From Candidatus Hadarchaeum sp. (GTDB lineage Archaea; Hadarchaeota; Hadarchaeia; Hadarchaeales; Hadarchaeaceae): a stretch of DNA of 64,000 nt. The notes below the pieces were generated by a model. The model did no database searches. It saw nothing but the letters and a program-made list of their open reading frames with translations, and was not told the DNA's origin. Of the stretch, positions 50,650 through 60,942 are shown piece after piece. The stretch's first letter is position 1; each line of letters opens with the position of its first letter. The translations under genes were made by a program, and so were the position numbers. The stretch is taken from the NCBI RefSeq assembly GCF_049969415.1, contig NZ_JBMFOX010000002.1, positions 1 through 64,000 of the forward strand. The letters are read 5' to 3'.

Positions 50650-51621
50650 CTAGCCAAAGATGGGGAGCAAGTAGTCAGTTTCCTTGCGGAGAATCTCCTT
50701 ATAATTTATCGCCTGTTCGATGCTTTTGACCTCCGTTTCCACGACGACGGTCTCTGCCCTTTTTATCTTAGCCAGCCTCGCATAGCGCTCGAGGTTGTAA
50801 TGTTTTAGTAACCCCCATTCCAGATGCAATGGCGGTCGTAGGGTCATTTCTCCGGGAACGTAGTCGCTCAAATGAAGCTCCTTGATGTAATCGGGCGGTA
50901 TTGGTTCAAGAGCGCTTTCCGGTTGTGGTGGCGTTTGGTGGGTAAATTCGGCATTGGTCAGCCAATTTCCTATATCGAAGTTGAAGTAGATAGGGAGGTC
51001 CTGTTCCCTGAGCTTTTTCACCAGTTTGAGACATTCATCGATTTCGCTGCAGATGCCTTCAAAGGCAGTGTTGTTCTCCAAGTGAAGGGCCAAACCTAGC
51101 TCCCGGGAAAACTTTCCGAGTTCCACTAGGCTATTGATTAAGGCGTTGTGTACCATCTCTCGATAATTATCAGTCCTGTTTTCTGCAGGGACGTTTCCTG
51201 GACGCAGATTTACGTATTTAGCCTCGACATCGGCGGCCAGTTGGATGTGTTTTTTCTGGATTTCTGTTGCGGCTTCCCTGTCTTCTTCCCGGAGCGAGCC
51301 GATGCCACCGTTGGCGAAAGAGTGGGGCAGGTTTACGGACAAGGTTATTCCGTTTGAGTTGGCGAGTTCTTTGATCCGTTTCCTTTTTTCAGGGTAAAAG
51401 TCCAAGTAGGCGTCGGTGGCGTCAAGTTCGATTTCAAGGTGTGGCATCCCGAGATCGGTGATGATTTTAATCTGCCGTTCAACGTTCAAAGTGGCCTTTT
51501 TAAAAACTTCAGGTTTAATCGATTTTAGGTCTAGGTTCCCCTTTATGAAGGCGAGCCTTTCCCTTTCGTCGAGGTGTTCTATCAGGAGACAGTTCTTGAA
51601 ATTTCGGCCGAGGTTAACCAT
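50650..51621 (-). CDS. Sugar-phosphate isomerase/epimerase (AP endonuclease 2) family TIM barrel
   Basis: HLEN, FDIG, ELHLSD, VVE pattern. Confidence 0.78.
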   Translation of the reverse strand: MVNLGRNFKNCLLIEHLDERERLAFIKGNLDLKSIKPEVFKKATLNVERQIKIITDLGMPHLEIELDATDAYLDFYPEKRKRIKELANSNGITLSVNLPHSFANGGIGSLREEDREAATEIQKKHIQLAADVEAKYVNLRPGNVPAENRTDNYREMVHNALINSLVELGKFSRELGLALHLENNTAFEGICSEIDECLKLVKKLREQDLPIYFNFDIGNWLTNAEFTHQTPPQPESALEPIPPDYIKELHLSDYVPGEMTLRPPLHLEWGLLKHYNLERYARLAKIKRAETVVVETEVKSIEQAINYKEILRKETDYLLPIFG

Positions 51622-51695
51622 TTTTATCCCAGTATAAACTATTGCGTTGCTTTTTACGCTTTACGGGGTTATCAGAAAAGAGTCTATTCCAGCTT

Positions 51696-52277
51696 TTATT
51701 CCAAGGCCTTACGTCCCAGCTCCGTCGGTTTGAGTCGGGAATCCAAGTATTCCAGTATCTGGAGCCTTCTTATCTGGCCCTTGGCAACGATTAGTGGCAT
51801 GCCGGCAGCGGAAGCCGCTCGATCTATCGATGCCCCCTTATCCAGAGCTTTCATTATCGTTCGCCCGGCTTCGCCCACCAGAATTTCGTCGGCTATCCTC
51901 CTCTTCACCGCCGGGTCTATGTTGGGCCTAGCGTCCATTATCCTGGTGAGAAGCTCGAAGCCCTCCACATCGCCGTATTTGCTGCGAAGCACCTTTTGAG
52001 AGATGGTCGAGCCAGCAATGGCTCCCCGAAGGCTCTCCAGGTCCCTGATGAATTGGAAGAGCTCTTGGTAGCGTCTCAGCTTGCCCTCTTCGCTGAGCCC
52101 AAGGGCGTTACGCAACGATTCGTTAGCTTCCCTCAGCACCCTCAGCTCTTCGCGTTGGGCCTCGATTTCCTGTTGTAACTTGCGCTGGCGTGCCCCGCCA
52201 CCGGAGTAAAGTATCCAGCCCAGAAGAATTAGGATGATTGCGACCAGAAATATTTCAATCCAGATATCAACTGTCAT
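51696..52277 (-). CDS. Hypothetical protein: TM helix, coiled coil, C-terminal winged HTH
   Basis: Hydrophobic N-terminus; heptad-rich segment; ASIDRAA..L..LEYLD..PTELGRKAL tail. Confidence 0.7.
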   Translation of the reverse strand: MTVDIWIEIFLVAIILILLGWILYSGGGARQRKLQQEIEAQREELRVLREANESLRNALGLSEEGKLRRYQELFQFIRDLESLRGAIAGSTISQKVLRSKYGDVEGFELLTRIMDARPNIDPAVKRRIADEILVGEAGRTIMKALDKGASIDRAASAAGMPLIVAKGQIRRLQILEYLDSRLKPTELGRKALE

Positions 52278-52367
52278 CCCATCTCCCATACAGGTTTGAG
52301 TGTCGGGGCATTTAAAACTACAGGGCACTTCATTATCTTAGGGTGCAAAGGGGGCGGAGGTGAAATA

Positions 52368-53606
52368 TTGCCCTTTTCAGAGCTCAGATGTCTCCGGTGT
52401 GGAAAGGTGCATCGGCCAGCTAAGAATCTCTACGTCTGCGAGAAGTGCGGCGGGAAGCTTGAGGTGATTTATGATTATCAGGTTATTGCAGAGAGTGTCA
52501 GCAAAAAGGAGCTGGTCAAAAGAAAGGGAGGGGTTTGGAAATATTTTGAGTTGTTGCCTTTGATGAATAGAAAAAACATCGTCTCGCTTGGAGAGGGAGG
52601 CACGCCGCTGATTCTGGCGAAAAATCTGGCAAAGGAGCTGAAGATGAAGCAGCTGTACCTAAAGGATGAGACTAGGAACCCGACCTCCTCGTTCAAGGAT
52701 CGGCCCATGAGTGTGGGGGTGTCGAAGGCGGTGGAGTTTGGTGCCCGCGCGGTGGTCTGCGCTTCAAGCGGCAATGCTGCCATAGCTCTCTCCGCATATG
52801 CGGCCAAGGCGGGGATCAAATGTCACGCCTTTGTTCCCGCTGGTGCCCCGGAGAGCAAAGTGGCCCAGTTGCTGATGCACGGAGCCCACGTCGTCCAGCC
52901 CCAGGCGACCGGAGAAGGGGACCCGACCTATAGACTCATGTGTGAGGCTTGGAGAAAGTTCGGCTGGCATCCGATACCTAGTGGGGGGGCCTTTAACCCC
53001 TACCAACCTGAGGGCTCGAAGACGATTTCCTATGAAGTTTGCGAACAACTGGATTGGCAAGCACCTGACTGGGTAATTGTTCCCACCGGTGCCGGCACGC
53101 TTCTTTCCGGTACTGCTAAGGGCTATTTTGAGTTCGAAGAGATGGGGCTGATAAAAGAAGTGCCTAGGCTCGTCGCGGTTCAGGCAGAAGGCTGTGCACC
53201 CATCGTCAAGGCGTTCAGGGAAGGCACACTGCCTTATGAGATACCTACGTGGCCCAATCCGAAGACAGTTGCGGGCGGGTTGGTCGATCCCTATCCTTGG
53301 GACGCCGACACGGCAATCCCTGCGATTAAGCGTTCAAATGGTACTGCCGAGGCCGTCAGCGACGCAGAAATACTAGAAGCTGTTAAGCGCTTGGCTAGAA
53401 GCGAGGGAATCTTCGCCGAGCCCTCCGGCGCTGCAGGTTTGGCGGGATTGATTAGATTACTGGACAAAGGCGTCATCTCCTCGTCTGACGTGGTCGTGGT
53501 TGAGATCACGGGCGGAGGTCTCAAGGACGTGGCCACAGCATTGAAGGTGGTTGAGAAACCGATAACGATAGAGCCAAAGCTGGAACAGTTGGAAAATCTG
53601 TTGTAA
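52368..53606 (+). CDS. thrC: Threonine synthase
   Basis: N-terminal Zn ribbon, LGEGGTPL, NPTSSFKDR, ASSGN, P.GAG, TGGGLK. Confidence 0.9.
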   Translation: MPFSELRCLRCGKVHRPAKNLYVCEKCGGKLEVIYDYQVIAESVSKKELVKRKGGVWKYFELLPLMNRKNIVSLGEGGTPLILAKNLAKELKMKQLYLKDETRNPTSSFKDRPMSVGVSKAVEFGARAVVCASSGNAAIALSAYAAKAGIKCHAFVPAGAPESKVAQLLMHGAHVVQPQATGEGDPTYRLMCEAWRKFGWHPIPSGGAFNPYQPEGSKTISYEVCEQLDWQAPDWVIVPTGAGTLLSGTAKGYFEFEEMGLIKEVPRLVAVQAEGCAPIVKAFREGTLPYEIPTWPNPKTVAGGLVDPYPWDADTAIPAIKRSNGTAEAVSDAEILEAVKRLARSEGIFAEPSGAAGLAGLIRLLDKGVISSSDVVVVEITGGGLKDVATALKVVEKPITIEPKLEQLENLL

Positions 53607-53727
53607 AAGATTTGGGATTAGACGCAGGATTTGAAATCAGTTCCATATCTTAAGGAGCATGAGACCGCCCTTTCTTTTTCTCGTGTGCGGAGGTGTATCG
53701 TCCTCTTCCGAGTAGCTGAAATGCCGT

Positions 53728-56565
53728 TCAGGCGTCCCAAAAGCGCCTGGTGCGGGAATAAATTCTTTCCGCTTGGAGTATGGCTCGGTAAAATTTTTCA
53801 TCCGATGGGTTGTTGCGGAGAATTCTGGTCGCCGTCTGCGGCCCGATGCCACGGCCGGAGAGAGCGATTATCGCCCGTTTACCATAGGTCAGGACCAAGT
53901 TCGCGGCTTGAAAAGCCTTCTTCAATAGGCGTTCCTCCTCCTTGTTGAGCTTTTTTCCAGCAGCTTGCTTTCTTATTGCCGATAAAACCAAATTGCTCTC
54001 TCTTGGCAGCACGGTGATCAGCTTGGCCCCGCACTTCTTGCAGACGGGCGGATCCTGAACGCGGCCGACGCGGGTGGTAGCAGACCAGCCATTGCAGTTA
54101 AGGCAGTAAAGCCTGACGACCTGCTGGTCCAAGCGACGCATTAGCGCACGGACAATCTCACGTTCCGCTCGCTTGGGTAGGATTAATTCACCACCCGAGA
54201 TTTCGTTCAGAACGGGCCAAGCCAACGGTGTCGGGCTTTCGCCGCTAAACGTGGAAATCCTGATTTTTCCGGATTGCAGCAGCCTGAATATTTCCACTGT
54301 TTTCTCGGCGTCCAATTTCTCGATCATCGTCTCCTTTAGGGCTTCTTCATAAATTGGCGTGCCTTCAAAATGTTTCACTAGACGGCGTAGGTTTATCTGG
54401 CCTAGTTCCGCGTCCCTCTTTATTGCCCCGAATCTCTTCGCTACCTGCACCAGACGCCAGCGGAAAATGGAGCTGTCTTTTAAGGTTATTTTCAGGAGTG
54501 GCAACAGGTAATCCGGTTTCAGTTCCGTGATAATATTCTTAACGAGATTTGGATCGGCTTCAATCGGCAACTTGAAGGCGATTCGGTAGGGGTCAACTTT
54601 AACCGCGACGCTCGCCCCAATTCTAGCCGTCAGCAAGGCCGCAATCACCAGCGCCAGGGTCTGATTGACGAGGCTGCCGAAGCAGGCGTGCAGGACCAAG
54701 AAATTCTCGCTGGTTTCAATAAGTAGCAAATCATGGCAGGGGACCGCTCCTGAGGTGACCTGCTCGCTGACCTGTTCCACCAACCAACCCGCCGCTGGTT
54801 CGTTTACGGGATATTCTCGGCAAAGTGTTGCGACTATCTCTTCGAAGTTTTTACCCTCCTTGAGAAGTTGGGAGATTTTTGATCGGAGCGAACCGACCTC
54901 AAAAGCGACTTCAAATGGAACCGGGATTAGTTCTCCCTCCCAAGCAGGGATGGCTCCGAGAAGGTCGTTGCTGGGCTCAACTAGAACCTGTCTCCGTTCA
55001 TCGTCAATCTCGATTATCCTCCAGACTTCGCCCTTCATTATGAAATTTAAATCCTGAACACCACAGGAGGCGACGAATTCCTCATCTAAGGAACCAACGG
55101 TTTTTCTGGAGGCGATGTCCTTTATAGTGTAGCGCCGGGTGTCCGGTATCATCGACAAATTGGTGAAATAATAAGAAAATCCGGGCCGGCGGAGGCTGAA
55201 GCTATCTTTTTCCAACCGCACCATACCTTCGGAGCCAAGCTGTCTCAGGACAAGTTGGGCGGAATCGACGTCTAGATCTCGGTAAGGCTGAGCTTTCCTT
55301 AACAACGTGACCGTCTCTTCGATATTACTCCTGCCTTGGTCTAAGGAGATCCCAACCAATTGGTGGGCCAGCACGTCCAGCGCCAGAAAGTGGAATTTCT
55401 CCAACTCCAGTTCACCTAACATGGCCTTCTTGCCGATGACCATCGCCTCAGCAATGTCATCCGGGTTGGCTGCAATTACGATTCCCTCGGAAATGGCCTC
55501 CGCACGGTGACCTGAGCGTCCTACCCTCTGGACCAGTCTGACCACCTGTCGCGGTGACATGTACTGTATAACCAAGTCTACCGCCCCGATGTCTATTCCA
55601 AGTTCCATAGAGGAGGTGCAGATGAGACCCTTCAAACGGCCGCTACGGAATCCCTCCTCGGCCTCTATTCTGATATCCCTGGCTAAGGAGCCATGATGGA
55701 TGCCTACCTTCAGCGATGGGTCCAGTAGTTTTAACCGAGATCCTAGCGTTTCCGCCGTCTCCCTCGTGTTGACGAAGATCAGGACTGAACGATATTTGTT
55801 AATTAGTTCATGGAGTCTTCTCAGCCTAGCCGCCATCGTAGGTTCTACATAGAGACGTTCCGCAAGAGCAACGTCATCTTTGGAGGGGATTGGGCTCTCA
55901 ACTTTAATTTTAATCTCCTTCTCCATTGAGGCGTCTATAATCTCTACGTGGCGATTCGAGCCGGCTAAAAACCTTGCTACCTCGTCTTTTGAACCAACAG
56001 TGGCCGAGAGTCCAATGCGCTGGAACTCTCCAGCGATTTTAGCGAGTCGTTCCAGACCTACGGCAAGCTGAACACCTCGTTTGTCCGGGGCCAGCTCGTG
56101 TATTTCATCTACAATTACCCAGCGCACGGCTTTCAGGTGCTTTCCAATAATTTTGCCCGGGATTATGGCTTGAAGAGTTTCCGGCGTCGTGATTAGCATA
56201 TTTGGTGGTTCAATTGTCTGCTGCTGTCGTTCACCAGCCGTTGTATCCCCGTGCCTGACTGCAAGGGTAATCCCTAAATTCTTGCAGAGGCGCATAAGCC
56301 TCTTGAGCATGTCCCTGTTAAGCGCCCGCAGCGGCGCGATGTAGAGTATCTCGATTCCGGCATCTCGTTTCTGTGAGAGGTGGAGGCTGAACACCGGAAA
56401 AATGGCGGCCTCGGTTTTTCCGGTCCCCGTGGGCGCAATTAACAGCACATTTTTTCCGCTTAGAATCGCGGGGATGGCCAGCTCCTGAGGCTTGGTTGGG
56501 CTGTTTATACCCAGTTCCCGGATTGCCAGCCTTACGGGCTCCATCATTTGGGAAAAAACATCCAT
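53728..56565 (-). CDS. lhr: Lhr-family DEAD/H helicase with Cys-rich C-terminus
   Basis: APTGTGKT, DEIH, SAT, HHGSL, QRVGRSGH, IP.WEGE, CLNC..CKKC. Confidence 0.93.
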   Translation of the reverse strand: MDVFSQMMEPVRLAIRELGINSPTKPQELAIPAILSGKNVLLIAPTGTGKTEAAIFPVFSLHLSQKRDAGIEILYIAPLRALNRDMLKRLMRLCKNLGITLAVRHGDTTAGERQQQTIEPPNMLITTPETLQAIIPGKIIGKHLKAVRWVIVDEIHELAPDKRGVQLAVGLERLAKIAGEFQRIGLSATVGSKDEVARFLAGSNRHVEIIDASMEKEIKIKVESPIPSKDDVALAERLYVEPTMAARLRRLHELINKYRSVLIFVNTRETAETLGSRLKLLDPSLKVGIHHGSLARDIRIEAEEGFRSGRLKGLICTSSMELGIDIGAVDLVIQYMSPRQVVRLVQRVGRSGHRAEAISEGIVIAANPDDIAEAMVIGKKAMLGELELEKFHFLALDVLAHQLVGISLDQGRSNIEETVTLLRKAQPYRDLDVDSAQLVLRQLGSEGMVRLEKDSFSLRRPGFSYYFTNLSMIPDTRRYTIKDIASRKTVGSLDEEFVASCGVQDLNFIMKGEVWRIIEIDDERRQVLVEPSNDLLGAIPAWEGELIPVPFEVAFEVGSLRSKISQLLKEGKNFEEIVATLCREYPVNEPAAGWLVEQVSEQVTSGAVPCHDLLLIETSENFLVLHACFGSLVNQTLALVIAALLTARIGASVAVKVDPYRIAFKLPIEADPNLVKNIITELKPDYLLPLLKITLKDSSIFRWRLVQVAKRFGAIKRDAELGQINLRRLVKHFEGTPIYEEALKETMIEKLDAEKTVEIFRLLQSGKIRISTFSGESPTPLAWPVLNEISGGELILPKRAEREIVRALMRRLDQQVVRLYCLNCNGWSATTRVGRVQDPPVCKKCGAKLITVLPRESNLVLSAIRKQAAGKKLNKEEERLLKKAFQAANLVLTYGKRAIIALSGRGIGPQTATRILRNNPSDEKFYRAILQAERIYSRTRRFWDA

Positions 56566-56624
56566 TTTATTCAGCTCAAACGATGTATTTAATTGAAGTT
56601 ATAAATCAAACGATGTTGATCCAG

Positions 56625-57140
56625 ATGTGTGAGAATAAACCGCTGAAGTTGCCCGAAAATTTGCGTCCGAGACTTCAGTCCCCGCTAGGTCGGTTGTTTA
56701 CTCATATTACCGATGTTTTTTACCACATCCAGAAGGTTAGGCCTACCCGGTTGATTACTGTTGGCGACATGGTAACCTCTTGCTTTCTTAGCGCTGGATT
56801 TAAGCCCGACATCGCCGTGGTGGATTTAACCCTAATGAGGTCTCCGGTCAACGAGAAGATCAAATCTCTAATAGATTCTTTTGAGGCCAACGTGGTTAAA
56901 GTCGAAAATCCTGCCGCCACGATAACTCCGGAGCTTTGGCGGGCGCTGGAGTCAGCAAAATCTCCCACCAAGATAATCGTGGTTGGTGAGGAGGATCTCG
57001 CCACCATTCCTGCGGTCCTCACTTCGCCTGATGGGTCGGTTGTGGTATACGGGCAACCTAGACAAGGGGTTGTTTTAGTTGAGGTCGATGAAAAAAAGCG
57101 TCAAGAGTTTCGTGAGATTCTGAGCCATTTTGTGAGGTGA
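56625..57140 (+). CDS. GTP-dependent dephospho-CoA kinase (DUF359)
   Basis: TVGD.V, NPAATIT, GEEDL, YGQP..GVV. Confidence 0.9.
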   Translation: MCENKPLKLPENLRPRLQSPLGRLFTHITDVFYHIQKVRPTRLITVGDMVTSCFLSAGFKPDIAVVDLTLMRSPVNEKIKSLIDSFEANVVKVENPAATITPELWRALESAKSPTKIIVVGEEDLATIPAVLTSPDGSVVVYGQPRQGVVLVEVDEKKRQEFREILSHFVR

Positions 57141-57237
57141 TTAGGACTATCGGCTGGCTCTACTATGGTGCCTCAGGCCAAATAATTTAAAACGTTGAGT
57201 TTATTTTAGTATAGCCTTATTGAAGAAAGGGATGAAA

Positions 57238-57594
57238 ATGAAAGTTGAAGTGATCAAGAGGACAGAAAACCCATTGCTTAAACGGGTCGAGGTTGAGTTT
57301 AGAATAGATCACGCCGGAGCACCGACACCAAGGCGACTTGAGGTCAAGTCGCAGTTAGCCGCCCTGCTGGGAACGTCCGAAGACCTCTTGGTAATCGAGA
57401 GGTTGACCAGCACGCACGGCCGCCAGATGGCAACAGGTGTGGCGCGGGTTTACAACACGCGCGAGCAACTGGAGGCGATGGAGCCCAAGTATTTGTTAAA
57501 GCGCGGATTGCCTAAGGAGGAAAAGGCCGCTGAGGCTAAGCCGGAGAAAAAGGCGCCGCCGGCAAAAAGTGAGTCAGGTAAAGGAGAGGGTTAA
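57238..57594 (+). CDS. rps24e: 30S ribosomal protein S24e
   Basis: NPLLKR.E, TP.R, G.ARVY, EPKY. Confidence 0.94.
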   Translation: MKVEVIKRTENPLLKRVEVEFRIDHAGAPTPRRLEVKSQLAALLGTSEDLLVIERLTSTHGRQMATGVARVYNTREQLEAMEPKYLLKRGLPKEEKAAEAKPEKKAPPAKSESGKGEG

Positions 57595-57596
57595 CT

Positions 57597-57764
57597 ATGG
57601 GTAAGAAGGTTAAGGCATCGAAATCAAAGCTCTACAAGTTGGATGGAAAATCGGTTAAGCGTCAGAGACCTCAGTGCCCCCGCTGTGGGCCGGGAGTTTT
57701 TATGGCGGACCACAAAAACCGATGGTCCTGCGGCAAATGCGGGTACACGGATTTTAAGAAGTGA
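57597..57764 (+). CDS. rps27ae: 30S ribosomal protein S27ae (not in ORF track)
   Basis: Manual translation: [55 protein letters not shown]. Confidence 0.95.
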   Translation: MGKKVKASKSKLYKLDGKSVKRQRPQCPRCGPGVFMADHKNRWSCGKCGYTDFKK

Positions 57765-59046
57765 TTTCTATCTTTGTGCCGAGGAGTTCACCGGCCGATT
57801 TCTGCAGAACATTCTTCTTAGAAACCAGCTCCTCGAGCATATCTCTGATTTTACTTTCGAGCTGTTCAATGGCATGCAGGGATTCCTTTCGCTCCTCTTC
57901 CAGCTTTTCTATCAGGTTTTCAAGTTTAACAACTTCTTCAAATAAGGGATTTTCGGAATCCCTTTTCATATTTTCAGCATTTTCCATCAGCATAGCTAGG
58001 TTCTTCTTGACTTCCTTTAACCTAGAGGGCAGAGAATGTGCTGCGGCTTCTAGGTTTTTCATTTCTCGTTTGTCTAGACCTATCTTACCACAACCGGCGA
58101 GTTCGAGAGTTCTCCGAAGAAGTTTATCAAAAGCGTTTAGGTTATCTTCTGAGGAGATTAGCTCTCCAGGTTCGTTTATGCAAATTTCCAGTATCTTCTC
58201 TAATTCAGGAACCGTCTGAAGTTCACCAGCCTTTAAGCTCTTTTCCAGCTTTCGGAATGGACGGTTTAGCTCGGAAATCAAGCAGACGGTACTTTCCCTC
58301 GCTTTGCTTATTTCGTGCCGTGTTCTCTCAAGTTCACCTGCCAAATCAGTTGCCCTTTTGAATTCCGGGCTTACTTTAATCCGAGCGATTTGAGAAGCAA
58401 TTTCGTTGATTTCGATCTCAAGTTTTTTGACTTTATCTTGCAAATGGGCGATGTTCCCTTTGATCCTTTCCATCTCCATTTGGGTCAGCTTATAGGACGA
58501 AATTTCCGAAATCAGTCCATCTAAAGCGTTTATTTCAACGATTATGTGGTTGAGGGTTGGTTGAGTTTGAATGATTAACTCGTTCAGTTTGCGCAGGTGG
58601 AACTCAAACTCAGCGTATTTTTTTCCAAAAACTGCTCGCACATAGCGTCCATGCGCTTTCATCGCATCGGCGATAATGGAGGTCGCTTTCGAAATTTTTT
58701 CGTTGAATTTAAGGAGAGAATCTGCAGTGAACTCTTGCGGGCACTCCATATTGGCGATGGCCCGCGAAATCTTTTCGTAAAAGAGCTTTCTCGCCTCCGT
58801 TGCCGATTTTACCAATCCGTGATGAACCTCGTCCTCTGGCTCCGATTGATAAAGATCTTTCAGGCTAAGAGAAAGCGGGGTACGTATTTTATTAATCTCT
58901 ACAACCAGTGCGGCCAGTTGCGGCTTATTTTTTTCGATTTTTTCCTCCTTCATCCTTGTGGCACGGTTTCGCAGGGAATCTGGGTCTAGCCTTTCCAGAA
59001 CAGGTTCGGGTGGTTGCGGTTTGCTGAAAATTCTCCTCAAGAACAT
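57754..59046 (-). CDS. Hypothetical long coiled-coil protein
   Basis: 430-aa ORF rich in E/K/L heptads; no NTPase motif seen. Confidence 0.75.
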   Translation of the reverse strand: MFLRRIFSKPQPPEPVLERLDPDSLRNRATRMKEEKIEKNKPQLAALVVEINKIRTPLSLSLKDLYQSEPEDEVHHGLVKSATEARKLFYEKISRAIANMECPQEFTADSLLKFNEKISKATSIIADAMKAHGRYVRAVFGKKYAEFEFHLRKLNELIIQTQPTLNHIIVEINALDGLISEISSYKLTQMEMERIKGNIAHLQDKVKKLEIEINEIASQIARIKVSPEFKRATDLAGELERTRHEISKARESTVCLISELNRPFRKLEKSLKAGELQTVPELEKILEICINEPGELISSEDNLNAFDKLLRRTLELAGCGKIGLDKREMKNLEAAAHSLPSRLKEVKKNLAMLMENAENMKRDSENPLFEEVVKLENLIEKLEEERKESLHAIEQLESKIRDMLEELVSKKNVLQKSAGELLGTKIEITS

Positions 59047-59183
59047 TGATACAAATAGTCCTCCAATGTTTTTTTAGTTTATTGCAGCAGTCGCTCATTT
59101 ATGTCGTTGAACCGCGTAAAACTTTGGTTTTAAATCAATTTAAAAACGAAAAAGTTAAATGTTATGTCTTAAGATGTTTAACT

Positions 59184-59606
59184 ATGCATCTTCTAGTGCC
59201 GAGAAACGTACGCTTTGAGTGCCAGCGATGTGCCAGATGCTGTGGTGACACATCGCACCGTGGTAGAAATTTGCTTCTGACCAAGAGTGAGGTGGAAGAG
59301 ATTTCCGAAAGGACCGGCTTGAACCCACTTTCCTTCGCCACGCCCATTTCAAACAAAGGAATTTACCAATACAGGATGAAAAAGCGCGGGGGCAAGTGTA
59401 TTTTTTTAGATGGTAAAGCATGTCGGATTTATGACATCCGCCCCTTGGTTTGTCGTTTTTATCCCTTTTCGGTTTGTAAAAAAGATGAAAAATACGTTTT
59501 CAATTTTGCTGAGGACTGTCCCGGTATTGGTTTGGGCGATGTGGTGGCGGAGGATGTTTTTGAAGAGTTAGTCACCGAGGCGCAGTTTAAATTAAGGACC
59601 AGCTAA
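59184..59606 (+). CDS. YkgJ/UPF0153 Cys-cluster protein
   Basis: CQRCARCC, CIFL..C.IY..RP..CR.YPF, CPG. Confidence 0.9.
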   Translation: MHLLVPRNVRFECQRCARCCGDTSHRGRNLLLTKSEVEEISERTGLNPLSFATPISNKGIYQYRMKKRGGKCIFLDGKACRIYDIRPLVCRFYPFSVCKKDEKYVFNFAEDCPGIGLGDVVAEDVFEELVTEAQFKLRTS

Positions 59607-59628
59607 ATAATTGTTACTGGTGGTTTGA

Positions 59629-59910
59629 ATGAGGGAGGCCCCGATTTACCTAGAAGAAGATGAAGACGATTTCGAGAGTGAGGAAGATCTTTCCATGGAG
59701 ATCAAGAGAAGCGTTGTCGAGTTTGTCGTTAGGAGATTCGGGCTGTACAGTTCAGCTGACATCGCCAAGGCCCTGAACTGGAAGGTCAGAGAAGTCAATC
59801 GGGTTCTGAAGCATCTGGAGTGTTCGGGAAGAGTTAAGCGCGAAAAGATTGGGAAAACCTTCATTTGGATGCCGGTTGAGGAGCGCCACATCAGCCCCAT
59901 GTACTACTAG
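59629..59910 (+). CDS. Small winged-HTH protein
   Basis: SSADIAKAL..V.R.L..LE..G.V; acidic N-terminus. Confidence 0.7.
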   Translation: MREAPIYLEEDEDDFESEEDLSMEIKRSVVEFVVRRFGLYSSADIAKALNWKVREVNRVLKHLECSGRVKREKIGKTFIWMPVEERHISPMYY

Positions 59911-59994
59911 CGCCACTGGGTCAACAATTTTTTGCCCGATTCTAACACCACCCAAACTTATATTTTGTTTCAGTGATTTCTCTAAAGTGATGAC

Positions 59995-60474
59995 ATGGTT
60001 CGCATGGTCGACATAGGGCATAAGGAGGCAGTACCCAGAATGGCCCGGGCCAGCGGCCTTATCCGACTTAAAGCGGAAACCCTGAAAAAAATAGAGGCTA
60101 GGGAAGTCCCGAAGGGAGATGTTCTTGCGGTCGCACAGACGGCGGCGATAATGGCTGTGAAGCGGACAACCGAACTGATTCCACTTACTCACCCCATTCC
60201 GATAACCGGCGTTGACGTTGACCTTAAAATCGAAGAGAACGGTGTCCGTGCCGAGGTGGAGGTAAGGAGCCTCGGGAAGACCGGAGTTGAGATGGAGGCC
60301 TTGGCCGGAGTGATTGGGGCGCTTCTCAGCGTTTGGGATATGGTAAAGGGTTTGGAGAAGGATGAGGCCGGCCAATATCAGACAACTTGCCTCGAGGATA
60401 TTCGCGTGGTCAAGAAGGTGAAAGGTTGGGTTTCGAAGAGCACAGGAAAAAAGCGCCGAAAAAGCTCAGGATAG
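59995..60474 (+). CDS. moaC: Cyclic pyranopterin monophosphate synthase
   Basis: MVDI..K, KGDV, LIPLTHP, TGVEMEAL, DMVK. Confidence 0.95.
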   Translation: MVRMVDIGHKEAVPRMARASGLIRLKAETLKKIEAREVPKGDVLAVAQTAAIMAVKRTTELIPLTHPIPITGVDVDLKIEENGVRAEVEVRSLGKTGVEMEALAGVIGALLSVWDMVKGLEKDEAGQYQTTCLEDIRVVKKVKGWVSKSTGKKRRKSSG

Positions 60475-60941
60475 CCGTGTTGGTGGTCAGCGACACGAGA
60501 TCGGCGGCAATGGCGAAGGGATTGGATGAGGATATCTCGGGCAAGATCATCGTACAGAAGGCTCGCGAGGCCGGCCACGAGGCGGTGAGGACGATAGTCC
60601 CCGATGAAAAGGTAAAGATTCGCCGGGCCGTGACGGGGTTCGTGTCCGATGCCAGAATTGACGCGATAATAATTACCGGAGGCACGGGAGTCGCGCGGAG
60701 AGACGTAACAATTGAAACAGTGGCTCCGCTCTATGATAAGGAGCTCCCCGGCTTTGGAGAGATTCTTCGCAGGGTCGGCTATGATATGGTGGGAACACCT
60801 GCTTTGCTCACACGGGCCTCCGCAGGCATCATTAAGGGAAAACCAGTATTCTGCCTGCCTGGGGCACCAAACGCGGTTGAGACGGGCATGGGCATAATTC
60901 TTCCTGAACTGGGGCACATCATCAAGCATGCACGTGAGTAA
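60426..60941 (+). CDS. moaB: Molybdopterin adenylyltransferase MoaB/MogA
   Basis: VSD, D.SG, TGGTG..RD.T.E, PGFGE, LPG. Confidence 0.93.
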   Translation: MGFEEHRKKAPKKLRIAVLVVSDTRSAAMAKGLDEDISGKIIVQKAREAGHEAVRTIVPDEKVKIRRAVTGFVSDARIDAIIITGGTGVARRDVTIETVAPLYDKELPGFGEILRRVGYDMVGTPALLTRASAGIIKGKPVFCLPGAPNAVETGMGIILPELGHIIKHARE

Positions 60942-60942
60942 G

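Noticed and set aside
57643-57945. 100-aa ORF after rps24e
   Set aside because: Overlaps the real rps27ae in another frame and is antisense to the coiled-coil gene
60421-60474. moaC/moaB overlap containing GGGTTTC, a possible -1 frameshift to a MoaC-MoaB fusion
   Set aside because: The heptamer is phased in the moaB frame, not the moaC frame, and moaB has its own AAGGTGA SD and TTG start
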